DNA of 64,000 nucleotides from Pyrinomonadaceae bacterium (GTDB lineage: Bacteria; Acidobacteriota; Blastocatellia; Pyrinomonadales; Pyrinomonadaceae), in NCBI GenBank assembly GCA_046313635.1, contig JBKBYA010000003.1, forward strand, positions 128,001 through 192,000, read 5' to 3'. Positions 26,879 to 36,226 of this stretch are shown one piece after another; position 1 is the stretch's first letter; each line of letters opens with the position of its first letter. Below the pieces are notes generated by a model. That model did no database searches. It saw only the letters and a list, made by a program, of their open reading frames with translations, and was not told the DNA's origin. The position numbers and the translations under genes were made by a program.

Positions 26879-28267
26879 ATGGATCTCACACTCGACAAAT
26901 TCAAAGAAGAATGCGGCGTTTTCGGCATCTTCGGCCATCCCGAGGCGTCGACTCTGACGCAGCTCGGCCTGTTTGCGCTGCAGCATCGCGGGCAGGAGGC
27001 GTGCGGCATCGTCTCGAGCGACGGCACCGACCTGCACCAGTTTCGCTCGCAGGGGCTGGTCGCCGACGTTCTTGTCGAGGACGTGCTCGTCAAGCTCCGC
27101 GGCTCGAGCGCGATAGGGCATACACGCTACTCGACGGCGGGGCGCAATACGATCAAGGAAGTGCAGCCATTTGCCGTCACCTGCCAGCACGGCGACATCG
27201 CGGTATGTCACAACGGCAATCTGCCGTTCGCGGCGGCGAGGCGGCGGGAGCTGGAAAAGGAAGGCGCTATTTTCTCATCGACGTCCGACACCGAGACCGT
27301 CCTGCACGGCATCGCCCGCACGCCTGCTGCGTCGGTCGTCGAGGCGATCGAAAAAGTTTTGCGCGATACCGAGGGAGCTTATTCGCTGCTGTTCCTGACG
27401 CCGGGATCGTTGATAGCCGTGCGGGATGCTCGCGGTTTCAGACCGCTTGTTTTGGGCAAGCTCAACGGAGCCTGGTGCGTCGCGAGCGAAACGTGCGCAT
27501 TTGACCTGATCGACGCCGAGTACGTCCGCGAGATCGAACCGGGCGAGATGCTTGTGATCGACGATAACGGCTTGCGGTCTCAGAAGCCGTTCGAGCCAAG
27601 GACGCCGGCCGTCTGCACGTTTGAGCACGTATATTTTTCGCGGCCCGATTCGACGATCTTCGGCAGGTCGGTAAACGAATCGCGGCACAAGATGGGCAAG
27701 CGCCTCGCGATCGAGCATCCGGCCGAGGCCGACATCGTCGTGCCGGTGCCGGACTCGGGCGTGGCCGCGGCGATCGGCTACTCGAGCCAGTCGGGGATAC
27801 CGTTTCGGCAGGCGATCATTCGCAATCATTACGTCGGCCGCACGTTCATCGAGCCGTCGCAGTCGATCCGCTCGTTCGGCGTCCGGCTCAAGCTCAATCC
27901 GATCAAGGATCTGATCAGCGGCCGCCGCGTGATCCTGGTCGACGACTCGATCGTCCGCGGCACGACGTCGAAAAAGATCGTCCAGATGGTCCGCGAGGCC
28001 GGAGCCGCCGAGGTGCACGTCCGCATCTCGTGCCCGCCGACCACTCATTCGTGCTACTACGGCGTCGACACGCCGCACCAGCGCGACCTGATCGCATCGC
28101 AGATGTCGATCGAGGACGTCGCACGCTACATCGGGGCCGATTCGCTCGGCTACCTCTCGCTCGAAGGCATGCTCGAGGCCATCGGCATAGACGCAGCCTC
28201 GTCCTGCACCGCCTGCTGGAGCGGCAAATACCCGACGCTCATCGCCAACGGCAAGGCCGCGGGTTAA
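26879..28267 (+). CDS. purF: Amidophosphoribosyltransferase
   Basis: Propeptide then ECGVFG, LQHRGQE, GHTRYST, HNGNL, VPVPDSG, VDDSIVRGTT, CTACW. Confidence 0.97.
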   Translation: MDLTLDKFKEECGVFGIFGHPEASTLTQLGLFALQHRGQEACGIVSSDGTDLHQFRSQGLVADVLVEDVLVKLRGSSAIGHTRYSTAGRNTIKEVQPFAVTCQHGDIAVCHNGNLPFAAARRRELEKEGAIFSSTSDTETVLHGIARTPAASVVEAIEKVLRDTEGAYSLLFLTPGSLIAVRDARGFRPLVLGKLNGAWCVASETCAFDLIDAEYVREIEPGEMLVIDDNGLRSQKPFEPRTPAVCTFEHVYFSRPDSTIFGRSVNESRHKMGKRLAIEHPAEADIVVPVPDSGVAAAIGYSSQSGIPFRQAIIRNHYVGRTFIEPSQSIRSFGVRLKLNPIKDLISGRRVILVDDSIVRGTTSKKIVQMVREAGAAEVHVRISCPPTTHSCYYGVDTPHQRDLIASQMSIEDVARYIGADSLGYLSLEGMLEAIGIDAASSCTACWSGKYPTLIANGKAAG

Positions 28268-28289
28268 AATCGGCGCGCAACCTCGGCCT

Positions 28290-28317
28290 TTGATTTTTCA
28301 TCTTAATTTCGTACACT
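28290..28317 (+). promoter_or_regulatory. Putative sigma-70 promoter of ssrA
   Basis: TTGATT-16 nt-TACACT upstream of tmRNA. Confidence 0.45.
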
Positions 28318-28369
28318 ACCACCCCGTCAGCCGAAGCGGCTGCAACCCCTCTTTTGGAAGAAGGGGAGC
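28318..28369 (+). repeat. REP-like double-hairpin in the tmRNA leader
   Basis: ACCACCCCGT-CAGCCG-AAG-CGGCTG-CAA-CCCCTCTTTTGGAAGAAGGGG. Confidence 0.45.
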
Positions 28370-28379
28370 CGGGGAAAAT

Positions 28380-28753
28380 GGGGGCGACAGGCTTCGACAG
28401 GGGCTTGTACAGATCTTTGAATGCACGTCGGGCTTGCTTGTTAGCTCGTTAAAACAACACGCAAAACACAAATGCTAATCAAGAATTAGCTCTTGCTGCC
28501 TAGTTAAAAAACTAGCCACAAGTGTCCTGCCGGAAGTCAGCTTGTTGCGACCGGTCGGGGCATAACTCAGTACAAGCTCGGGCACGTTCTCCGCCTGCGG
28601 ACGAGCCTTAAATTTAGCCGGGCTGGCTGTCGAAGAGGTCTTGTCGATTCACTTACTCTTCGACGGTGAGACAAAAAAAGAGAATCGACTAAACGTGTAG
28701 ATTTCTCAGGTCGCAACCTTTGGATGCGGGTTCGATTCCCGCCGCCTCCACCA
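28380..28753 (+). ncRNA. ssrA: tmRNA; tag peptide (A)ANQELALAA encoded at 28474-28503
   Basis: 5' GGGGGCG pairs with 3' CGCCTCC-A-CCA including the G3:U Ala identity pair; T-arm GCGGGTTCGATTCCCGC; tag reading frame ends LALAA-TAG. Confidence 0.96.
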
Positions 28754-28780
28754 ACAAGATCTATCGCCGTGATCGGCGCT

Positions 28781-28809
28781 AAAAAAGCCCTGCTGTCTTG
28801 CAGGGCTTT
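28781..28809. terminator. Bidirectional terminator
   Basis: AAAAAAGCCCTGC-TGTCTT-GCAGGGCTTT between convergent ssrA and cupin gene. Confidence 0.75.
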
Positions 28810-28834
28810 GCCGCGCTTATCCGGAACTGCGGAG

Positions 28835-29224
28835 CTATTCGCCGACGAGCTGCCGCCTCAGGTGATCGACCACCTCGCAGTGCTCGGTCTGCGGGCTGAA
28901 CAAGATCACTTCCGCATCCTTTCCGACTCTTACCGAATGTCCCGGCGGCCAGTAAAACAGATCGCCTGCGTTGACGTCCTCTTCTTCGCCGCCGGCGTAA
29001 GTGACCGTGACCTGCCCGTCGATCAGATAGCCCCAATGCGGCGATTGGCAGAGATCACCTTCGAGTCCGCGCAGCAGCGGTGCGATGTCGGTTCCCGCAG
29101 CGAGCGAGAAATACTCTGCGGCAAACTTGCCGTAACCGGTCGCGTCCCCGAAATCGAGGGCTTGACGAGCGATCGCCCCGGGAACGTTCAGCCGTTCGGG
29201 AACGTCGGACCTTGCAATATGCAT
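28835..29224 (-). CDS. Cupin-domain protein
   Basis: CQSPHWGY..G.V.VTY, AGDLFYWPPGH cupin motifs. Confidence 0.75.
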   Translation of the reverse strand: MHIARSDVPERLNVPGAIARQALDFGDATGYGKFAAEYFSLAAGTDIAPLLRGLEGDLCQSPHWGYLIDGQVTVTYAGGEEEDVNAGDLFYWPPGHSVRVGKDAEVILFSPQTEHCEVVDHLRRQLVGE

Positions 29225-29317
29225 ATCGACCTCCTGTTCATTTGTGATATTTGTTCGGGGGCGGCAAACAGCGTCGCAGAAAAGCTGATCGCGAGCAACA
29301 TATGCGGCCGGCCGCCC

Positions 29318-29767
29318 TCAGAACTCGCCGGGTGCGCACTGCAGACAGACGAGCCCCTCCGAGCGCCACATCTCGACGACGCGGCTGCGGTCCTCGACGA
29401 CGAAGAGCACTTTTGAAAGATCGATGCCGCGCAGCATTTCGCGTTTGGCCTTAACGTCCGAACGCATATCGCCGTCGGCACGCAGACGCAGCTCGTGATA
29501 TCTGACGCCCTCACGCTCCATCCAGCGGACGGTTTCGTCTCGATGGCGCTCGTTGCGGCCCGAGCAGAGGATGATGTAGACGCCGGCGTCGTAAAGAATA
29601 TTGCAGAGCCGCACCATCGAGGCGACGGCCTTGTCGTCGGCCATCCCTTCGAAGAAAGCGTCCCAGTTCTTTGGGTGATGTCTCACGTGGTGCTCGCGCT
29701 GCGAGATGTCGGCGAGCGTGCCGTCGATATCAAAGATCACGATCTCGGCAGATGACCTTTTGCCCAC
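29318..29767 (-). CDS. HAD-superfamily phosphatase (polynucleotide 3'-phosphatase-like)
   Basis: FDIDGTLAD, SGR, K, VEDR motifs I-IV. Confidence 0.8.
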   Translation of the reverse strand: MGKRSSAEIVIFDIDGTLADISQREHHVRHHPKNWDAFFEGMADDKAVASMVRLCNILYDAGVYIILCSGRNERHRDETVRWMEREGVRYHELRLRADGDMRSDVKAKREMLRGIDLSKVLFVVEDRSRVVEMWRSEGLVCLQCAPGEF

Positions 29768-29901
29768 GATCTTGATACTAATTCACCGGCGGCCGGCCCG
29801 ATGGTCATTTGGACTACACTGCGGTTGCCGACGACCGGTGCATTTTGTAGTCTAGGTCTTTTGGCCGCGCGGCCCCGGGCCTCACAGTGGCGGCGAGTTT
29901 G

Positions 29902-30750
29902 ATGAACAACGACCTTCCGATCGGCATCTTCGATTCGGGCGTGGGCGGCCTGACCGTCTATCGCGCTCTGCACGACCGACTTCCGAATGAGCATTTTGTC
30001 TATCTCGGCGACACGGCCAGAGTGCCGTACGGCACCAAGTCGCTTGCAACGGTCGAGCGATACGCGATCGAGAATGCTCGCTTTCTAACGAAGCATGGGA
30101 TCAAGCTGCTCGTCGTCGCATGCAACACGGCTTCGGCACTAGCGCTTCCCAAGATAAGGGCGACGATCGGGATACCCGTGATCGGCGTGATCGGCCCCGG
30201 CGGACGCAAGGCTGTGGCCGTGACCGAGGCTCAGGGTCATTCGCGGATCGGCGTCATCGCCACCGAGGCGACGGTCGCGAGCGAGCGATACGTGGCTGCG
30301 ATACGCGGCGCCGGCAGCTCGGCCGAGGTGCTGCAGACGGCGTGTCCGCTCTTTGTGCCTCTGGCAGAAGAGGGTTGGACAGCCGAGCCGGAGACGTACT
30401 CGATCGCCGAAAAATATTTGGCCGAGATGAAGGCATTCGGGCCCGACGCGCTCGTGCTCGGCTGCACGCACTACCCGATACTTCGCCAGGTGATACAGGA
30501 CACCGTTGGCCGCGACGTGACGCTGATCGATTCGGGCGAGGCCGCGGCTGAGGAGGTCGAGACGGTGCTCTTGCAGGACGGACTCGCAAGCGGTCGAGTG
30601 GTCTCAGGCGAGCGCCGCCTGTGCGACGATCTAGATCATTTTTATGTTACCGACGCGGCCGAGAGATTTGCCCGCGTCGCCGAAAGATTTCTCGGGAGCC
30701 AGCCCTCGATACTCGAGGCCGTCGAAGTATTTGGCAGCGACCGCCTTTGA
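29902..30750 (+). CDS. murI: Glutamate racemase
   Basis: [34 protein letters not shown]. Confidence 0.97.
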   Translation: MNNDLPIGIFDSGVGGLTVYRALHDRLPNEHFVYLGDTARVPYGTKSLATVERYAIENARFLTKHGIKLLVVACNTASALALPKIRATIGIPVIGVIGPGGRKAVAVTEAQGHSRIGVIATEATVASERYVAAIRGAGSSAEVLQTACPLFVPLAEEGWTAEPETYSIAEKYLAEMKAFGPDALVLGCTHYPILRQVIQDTVGRDVTLIDSGEAAAEEVETVLLQDGLASGRVVSGERRLCDDLDHFYVTDAAERFARVAERFLGSQPSILEAVEVFGSDRL

Positions 30751-30764
30751 GGACGCGATCCTTT

Positions 30765-31484
30765 ATGACCTATCAACGAACCGACAATAGAGCTTACGAC
30801 CGGATCCGGCCGACCAAGATCACTCCCAACATCTCGCCCTACGCCGAGGGTTCGGCCCTGATCGAGGTCGGCGGAACAAAGGTCATCTGCACCGCGAGTG
30901 TCGAAGACCGCGTGCCGATGTTCCTGCGCAATAAGGGCACGGGCTGGGTCACCGCCGAATATGCGATGCTGCCCCGCGCGACCAGCACTCGAACGCAGCG
31001 TGAGACGCAGCGGCCCTCGGGCCGAACGCAGGAGATACAGCGACTCATCGGCCGCAGCCTGCGGGCCGTCGTCGATCTTAAGCGTCTCGGCGAGCGGCAG
31101 ATCATCGTCGACTGCGACGTCATCCAGGCTGACGGAGGCACCCGCTGCGCCTCGATCACCGGAGCATACGTCGCGCTCGCTCTCGCCTGCCGCAAGCTCG
31201 TCCGCAACGGGCATCTGGCGCAGAATCCGCTAATCAGCGAGGTCGCGGCGATCAGCGTCGGAGTGGTCGAGGGAACGACGATACTCGACCTCGCCTATGT
31301 CGAGGACTCGGTCGCCGAGGTCGATATGAACGTCGTCTGTACCGGCTCGGGCAAGTTCATCGAGGTGCAGGGCACGGCCGAGGGCGAGCCGTTCACACGG
31401 GCGCAGATGGACGATATGCTGGCCCTCGCCGAGGTCGGTCTCGGTGAGTTGTTCGATATCCAACGCAGCGTACTCGCGCTATAA
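30765..31484 (+). CDS. rph: Ribonuclease PH
   Basis: [61 protein letters not shown]. Confidence 0.97.
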   Translation: MTYQRTDNRAYDRIRPTKITPNISPYAEGSALIEVGGTKVICTASVEDRVPMFLRNKGTGWVTAEYAMLPRATSTRTQRETQRPSGRTQEIQRLIGRSLRAVVDLKRLGERQIIVDCDVIQADGGTRCASITGAYVALALACRKLVRNGHLAQNPLISEVAAISVGVVEGTTILDLAYVEDSVAEVDMNVVCTGSGKFIEVQGTAEGEPFTRAQMDDMLALAEVGLGELFDIQRSVLAL

Positions 31485-31555
31485 TCGTTGGCGCCTTCCG
31501 CAGCAATTCCACCGTTGCGATGCGAGCTCTGCCGATCCGATTCGGGAGCGGTCTT

Positions 31556-32629
31556 ATGCCGACACGGATAACCACTGCCGACCTTGCACGGCTCAAGCCT
31601 AAAGATCCGTCACCGATAGTCAGCGTCATCGGCACGACCGCGCTCGTGCTCATCGCGCTCGTGGTCACGTCGCTGCTGTGGAAACTCGCCGACCGGCCGG
31701 TGACGGCGCCGCTGTTCTTTGCGGCCATCGTTCTGTCGACGTGGCTCTTCGGATTCAGGTACGGGATCGCGCTGGCAATGCCGCTGGCGGCTTTCCTGAT
31801 CGAATACTTTTTCGTGCCGCCATTCTATGCGTTGAGCGGGAGCCGCGACCAGATCATCCGCTCGCTCGTGCTTGTGGTAGAGGGCGCCGTACTGGCATGG
31901 CTGACGTCGAAGCTGAGCCTCGCCAGCGAAGAGATCTCGACCTCGCGCGAGGAGCTGCGTGAATTGACGAAGCACCAAGAGACGCTGCGCGAAGCCGAGC
32001 GAAAGCGTATCGCGCGCGAGATCCATGACGTGCTGGGTCAGGAGATCACCGGCCTCAAGATGAAGATCCATCTAATGAAGCAGCGTATGAAGCTTAGCGA
32101 CGAGGTGGTCGGCGAGCTCGAGGAGATCAAGGAGATGGCCGACTCGATGATGTCGACCGTTCGCCGGCTGTCGGCCGAACTCCGGCCGTCGCTGCTTGAC
32201 GACTTCGGACTCGTAGCGGCCATGGAGTGGGAGTCGGGCGAATTTGAAAAAAAGTCCTCGATACCGTGCGTCTTTTACTCCGACACCGAGGCGCTCGACC
32301 TCGGTGCCGAGGCTAACACGGCCGTTTACCGGATCTATCAAGAGGCGATGACAAATGTCGCCCGGCACTCGGATGCGAGCCTCGTAGTGATCGAACTCGC
32401 GACCGCCGGCGGCGACATCGCCTTGACGATCCGCGATAACGGAAAGGGCATCGATTTTTCGGGATCGCGGGCCAAGACGACGCTCGGCATTATCGGGATG
32501 CGCGAACGGGCCCGCCTCATCGGGGGCGAACTTAACGTCAGACCAGACCCGTCCGGAGGCACGCGAGTAGAGCTCGTGGTGCCGGGCGCCGCGAACGAGC
32601 TCTTGCCTGCCCAGGGAGGTGCCCGATGA
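31556..32629 (+). CDS. Membrane sensor histidine kinase (DUF4118-like TM region, HisKA_3)
   Basis: Four TMs; ERKRIAREIHDVLGQ, LRPSLLDDFGL, QEAMTNVARHS, DNGKG, GMRERA; GGAG RBS before ATG 31556. Confidence 0.92.
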   Translation: MPTRITTADLARLKPKDPSPIVSVIGTTALVLIALVVTSLLWKLADRPVTAPLFFAAIVLSTWLFGFRYGIALAMPLAAFLIEYFFVPPFYALSGSRDQIIRSLVLVVEGAVLAWLTSKLSLASEEISTSREELRELTKHQETLREAERKRIAREIHDVLGQEITGLKMKIHLMKQRMKLSDEVVGELEEIKEMADSMMSTVRRLSAELRPSLLDDFGLVAAMEWESGEFEKKSSIPCVFYSDTEALDLGAEANTAVYRIYQEAMTNVARHSDASLVVIELATAGGDIALTIRDNGKGIDFSGSRAKTTLGIIGMRERARLIGGELNVRPDPSGGTRVELVVPGAANELLPAQGGAR

Positions 32630-33255
32630 TCAAGGTCCTGATCGCCGACGATCATACGATCGTCCGGCACGGCTTAAAGCAGATCCTGGATTCCGACAAC
32701 GATATACATGTCGCCGGCGAGGCGCAGAACGGCAACGAGGTTCTCGGATTTGTCAGGGACAATCGTGTGGACGTGGTCGTGATGGACATTACGATGCCCG
32801 GCCGCAACGGACTCGAAACGCTAAAAGAACTCAGGCGCGGCTGGCCGGATGTGCCGGTCGTGATACTCAGCATGCATCCGCAGGACCAATACGCGGTCAG
32901 GGTTCTGCGTGCGGGAGCTTCGGGGTACGTGACAAAGGAGAGCGCTCCGGACGAGCTCGTCGCCGCGATCAAGCGAGCTCACAACGGGCAAAAGTACATC
33001 AGTCCCGATGTCGCAGAGCTGCTCGCCTTCCATATTCAAAAAGGGAACTCCGACGACCCGCACAAGCAGCTTTCAGATCGCGAGTTCGAGGTGTTTGTAA
33101 TGATCGGGCACGGCAAGTCGCTGACCGAGATCGCCGAAGAGCTTTTTATCAGCGTCAAGACGGTCAGCACATACAGGGCCCGCATCCTTGAAAAGACAGG
33201 TCTTCCGAATAATGCGGCAATAACAAAATACTGCATGCAGCACGGGCTCGCGTGA
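32626..33255 (+). CDS. NarL/UvrY-type response regulator (receiver + LuxR HTH)
   Basis: VLIADDH.IVR.GL, MDITMPG, GASGYVTK, LSDREFEV, ISVKTVSTYRARI. Confidence 0.95.
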   Translation: MIKVLIADDHTIVRHGLKQILDSDNDIHVAGEAQNGNEVLGFVRDNRVDVVVMDITMPGRNGLETLKELRRGWPDVPVVILSMHPQDQYAVRVLRAGASGYVTKESAPDELVAAIKRAHNGQKYISPDVAELLAFHIQKGNSDDPHKQLSDREFEVFVMIGHGKSLTEIAEELFISVKTVSTYRARILEKTGLPNNAAITKYCMQHGLA

Positions 33256-33264
33256 CCGTCACGG

Positions 33265-33282
33265 TGTAGGAAATCGCCTACA
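33265..33282 (+). promoter_or_regulatory. 18-bp palindrome TGTAGG-N6-CCTACA, candidate response-regulator box (GacA-box-like)
   Basis: Perfect inverted hexamers 10 nt after the regulator stop; degenerate copies at 33288-33305, 33560-33577 and 33582-33599. Confidence 0.65.
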
Positions 33283-33361
33283 ATTAATATCGGCAAATCC
33301 TGACTATAAAATCGGACACGGGCCGATTGGCGGATCTCTCGATCAGAATTACCTTATTACT

Positions 33362-33431
33362 GGCGTCCATTAAGTTTGGGTGGAAGACTGTGACGCTGTA
33401 CAGGAGCGGCCTCAAAAGGGCCGCTTTTTTT
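33362..33431 (+). ncRNA. Putative small RNA copy 1 (GGGUGGA-loop hairpin plus terminator)
   Basis: -10 TACCTT at 33350; stems GGCGTC/GACGCT and AGTTT/AGACT enclosing GGGTGGA; terminator GAGCGGCCTC-AAAA-GGGCCGC-T7. Confidence 0.6.
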
Positions 33432-33655
33432 GTGTTGAGTAACATTCCGTAAAACATCTCCGCCGATCTCTGCCGACAATCCCCACGCCGCGCCGCAACT
33501 CTCAAGGACATTACAAGCGAATCAAGGCCCGCAAGCGAGCTCCGCGTCGTCCGTCAGACGGTAGGAAACTGCCGAGATTCATGCTGAAAAAATACTACAC
33601 AAAATGCCGAATCGGGCCGATAGCGGGCGATCTTATCGTGTCCTATCCTCACTAT

Positions 33656-33727
33656 GGCGTTCCAAGCTGGGTGGAAGCATGTGACGCTAGCGTGGGGGCG
33701 GCGCCGATAAGAGTGCCGCTTCCGCGT
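33656..33727 (+). ncRNA. Putative small RNA copy 2 (paralog; may be a leader of the downstream gene)
   Basis: -10 TATCCT at 33644; stems GGCGTT/GACGCT and GCT/AGC enclosing GGGTGGA; second GC hairpin lacks a T-run. Confidence 0.55.
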
Positions 33728-33806
33728 GCAGATCGCGAGTCGACAAGGCCCTTACGCCCACACTCTCACGACTCGATCAAGAGCGAGCAGGTCCGCATAA
33801 CCAGGT

Positions 33807-34643
33807 ATGAAAGAGAGTTCACGTCCACTGATCCTCAGCCTCCACCACGTCGGAGCACCGCCTCGCTCGGCCAGGATCCGCGGGCTTTTTACGACACCTT
33901 CGCTGCTTTCATTTCAATTGCGGTGGCTTCTGCGATCAGGCTACACATTCACTACCCTCTCGCGCGCATTCGCCCGGCCCGATCGTCGGACGGCGGTCGT
34001 AACTTTTGACGATGGTTATCGCGACAATCTTACGGCCGGTCTGCCGGTCCTTGAAGAACTGGGAATTCCGGCCACCGTCTTTGTGATCACCGGCGATGTC
34101 GGTAAACGGGGCGTCACATGGAGCGAGGCCGGCGATCCTTTGCCGTCCGATATGCTCGGCTGGGACGATCTGGCCTTACTCCAATCGAAGGGCTGGGAGG
34201 TGGGCAGTCACGCCGACCAGCATATTCACCTCGCACGGCACTCGCCCGAGGTGCAGTTGTCGACCATTTCGTCGTCGATCGACGCGATCTGCAAAAATCT
34301 CGGCAGCAGGCCCCGATCGTTCGCTTATCCGTACGGCAGTTACGACGAGACAACGAAGCGGATCGTTTCCGATTGCGGATTTGAGCTTGCCGTTACCGCC
34401 CGCAGCGGCGTCGCGAGCGGCCGCCATCAAGAGAGTCTTTTGGAATTGAGCCGGATACCGATCGGCGGCCGACGCTTCTATCACTTTCTGAAGTGTTTCA
34501 ACCGCACGCGACGAGCCCTCGGCGGCCGGGAGTCGGCCCTCAGGGCTCTGGATCTGCTGCTTGGCCCGAGTCGAGAAGGGCGGGTCGGACGTGCCGAGGC
34601 TGCGGCCCCTTTTTACATACCAGCAGATAGTGCCGAGCAATGA
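33807..34643 (+). CDS. Polysaccharide deacetylase (CE4/NodB) family protein
   Basis: VTFDDGY, ATVF, GSHADQH, FAYPYG motifs. Confidence 0.88.
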   Translation: MKESSRPLILSLHHVGAPPRSARIRGLFTTPSLLSFQLRWLLRSGYTFTTLSRAFARPDRRTAVVTFDDGYRDNLTAGLPVLEELGIPATVFVITGDVGKRGVTWSEAGDPLPSDMLGWDDLALLQSKGWEVGSHADQHIHLARHSPEVQLSTISSSIDAICKNLGSRPRSFAYPYGSYDETTKRIVSDCGFELAVTARSGVASGRHQESLLELSRIPIGGRRFYHFLKCFNRTRRALGGRESALRALDLLLGPSREGRVGRAEAAAPFYIPADSAEQ

Positions 34644-35343
34644 GCGAGCGCAGCGGATAGTTGCGGAGTTTGTGGTCGAGGCCCCGGTTCGATTCACCAA
34701 AGATGAAATACAACAACTGGATCGCGTAGATCGGGAGCCCGATGGCGAGCCAGAGCCAATCCACCGACCTCCCTACGACGTACCTGACCGACTCTACTTC
34801 AAGACCCGCGTCCTTCAGAACCCGCACAAGGGTGTGCATCGGGACGACCTTCCACGTTTGAGCGTCGTCATCCAGAAAAGCCTTGTACTGTCCAAACCGC
34901 CCGAAGAGAAAATAGAGAAATCGGTCTCTGACGGTCAAAAGGTTGTCGTTTGTGACCACGAGCCTGCCGTCATCCTCCAATGCATCTCTCAGCAGCCTGA
35001 AAAAATTGAGTGAGTTGTCAAATTCCATCACGCCGCTGATACAGCTGATCAGCCTGCACGGCTCGGCCGGCAGGTCGTCTCTTGTAAGGAAGGCCGCGTC
35101 GGCCTGGGTAAAGTGATGAGCGAACTTTTCGTCCGGGCTCGAGATATCGATCCCGAAAGTCGCGGCATTCGGGAAAAATACTTTCACCGCATCCAGGAGA
35201 TCGCCGTCGCCGCACGGCACGTCGAGAATGCTGAACGCGCCGTTCGCGTCGGCCGATCCAAGAAAGGCCTCGATAACAGAACGGTTAACGCCTCGGCAGG
35301 TATTGCCGCGCGGGATCGTGTCCAACCTCGGATCTTTCGTCAT
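34540..35343 (-). CDS. Class I SAM-dependent methyltransferase
   Basis: ILDVPCGDG motif I, GID, L..DGRLVV. Confidence 0.8.
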   Translation of the reverse strand: MTKDPRLDTIPRGNTCRGVNRSVIEAFLGSADANGAFSILDVPCGDGDLLDAVKVFFPNAATFGIDISSPDEKFAHHFTQADAAFLTRDDLPAEPCRLISCISGVMEFDNSLNFFRLLRDALEDDGRLVVTNDNLLTVRDRFLYFLFGRFGQYKAFLDDDAQTWKVVPMHTLVRVLKDAGLEVESVRYVVGRSVDWLWLAIGLPIYAIQLLYFIFGESNRGLDHKLRNYPLRSLIARHYLLVCKKGPQPRHVRPALLDSGQAADPEP

Positions 35344-35456
35344 CGCGTCGGATTATCGCACGAAAAATGACCGACCGGTCTCTTGCTCTGCGGCGTCGAT
35401 TCAGCTTTCGGACCCGAATTGCTAAACTCTACAAAACCACCGAATTGGAGATAGAG

Positions 35457-36212
35457 TTGAACGAAAGACAATTTGAAGGAAAGACCGCGATCGTTACCGG
35501 CGGCACTCGCGGTATCGGCAAGGCGATCGCACTTGAATTTGCACGGCGCGGCGGCAGCGTCGCATTCAATTACGTGCGCAGCGCCGACGAGGCCGAAAGG
35601 CTTAAGGCCGAGATCGAGCAGCTCGGCGCGCGGGCGTTTGCGGCGCGGTGCGACGTTGCCGACACCGGCGCGGCGGCCGACTTCGTCGGTCAGGTCAAGG
35701 ACGCATTCGGCACGATCGATCACCTCGTCAACAACGCGGGCATCACGCGCGACCAGCTCATCATGCGGATGAAAGAAGAAGATTGGGATGCGGTCATCGA
35801 CACCAATCTGAAGGGCGCATGGAACTTTTCAAAGGCCGTGCTGCGGCCGATGATGCGCAACGAGACGGGCGGTTCGATCCTCAACATCACATCGATCTCG
35901 GGCGTGGTCGGGATGCTCGGCCAGACCAACTATTCGGCCTCCAAGGCCGGTATGATCGGTCTCACCAAAGCTCTCGCCAAAGAGATCGCGAGCCGCAATA
36001 TCACGGTCAACGCACTTGCGCTCGGCCTGGTCGAGACCGAAATGGCGTCGGAGATGAACGCCGAATATCGCGAAAAGATACTCGCGCAGATCCCGCTCGG
36101 CCGCCTCGGCAAGACCGGCGAGGTCGCCGAGATCGCGTGCTTCATGCTCTCGGACGCGGCCCGGTACATCACCGGCCAGGTGATCCAGGCTGACGGCGGC
36201 CTGGCGATGTAG
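35457..36212 (+). CDS. fabG: 3-oxoacyl-ACP reductase
   Basis: TGGTRGIG, NNAGITRD, NYSASKAG, YITGQVI..DGG; TTG start after GGAG. Confidence 0.8.
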   Translation: MNERQFEGKTAIVTGGTRGIGKAIALEFARRGGSVAFNYVRSADEAERLKAEIEQLGARAFAARCDVADTGAAADFVGQVKDAFGTIDHLVNNAGITRDQLIMRMKEEDWDAVIDTNLKGAWNFSKAVLRPMMRNETGGSILNITSISGVVGMLGQTNYSASKAGMIGLTKALAKEIASRNITVNALALGLVETEMASEMNAEYREKILAQIPLGRLGKTGEVAEIACFMLSDAARYITGQVIQADGGLAM

Positions 36213-36226
36213 TACCGCGCTTCAAA

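Noticed and set aside
28753..29800. Genomic island integrated at the tmRNA 3' end
   Set aside because: No integrase, no duplicate of the tmRNA 3' end seen in the window, and only two small genes before murI
33581..34009. 142-aa ORF across the second sRNA-like unit
   Set aside because: No RBS or motifs, overlaps the deacetylase in another frame, and conservation between the two units is structural rather than codon-based
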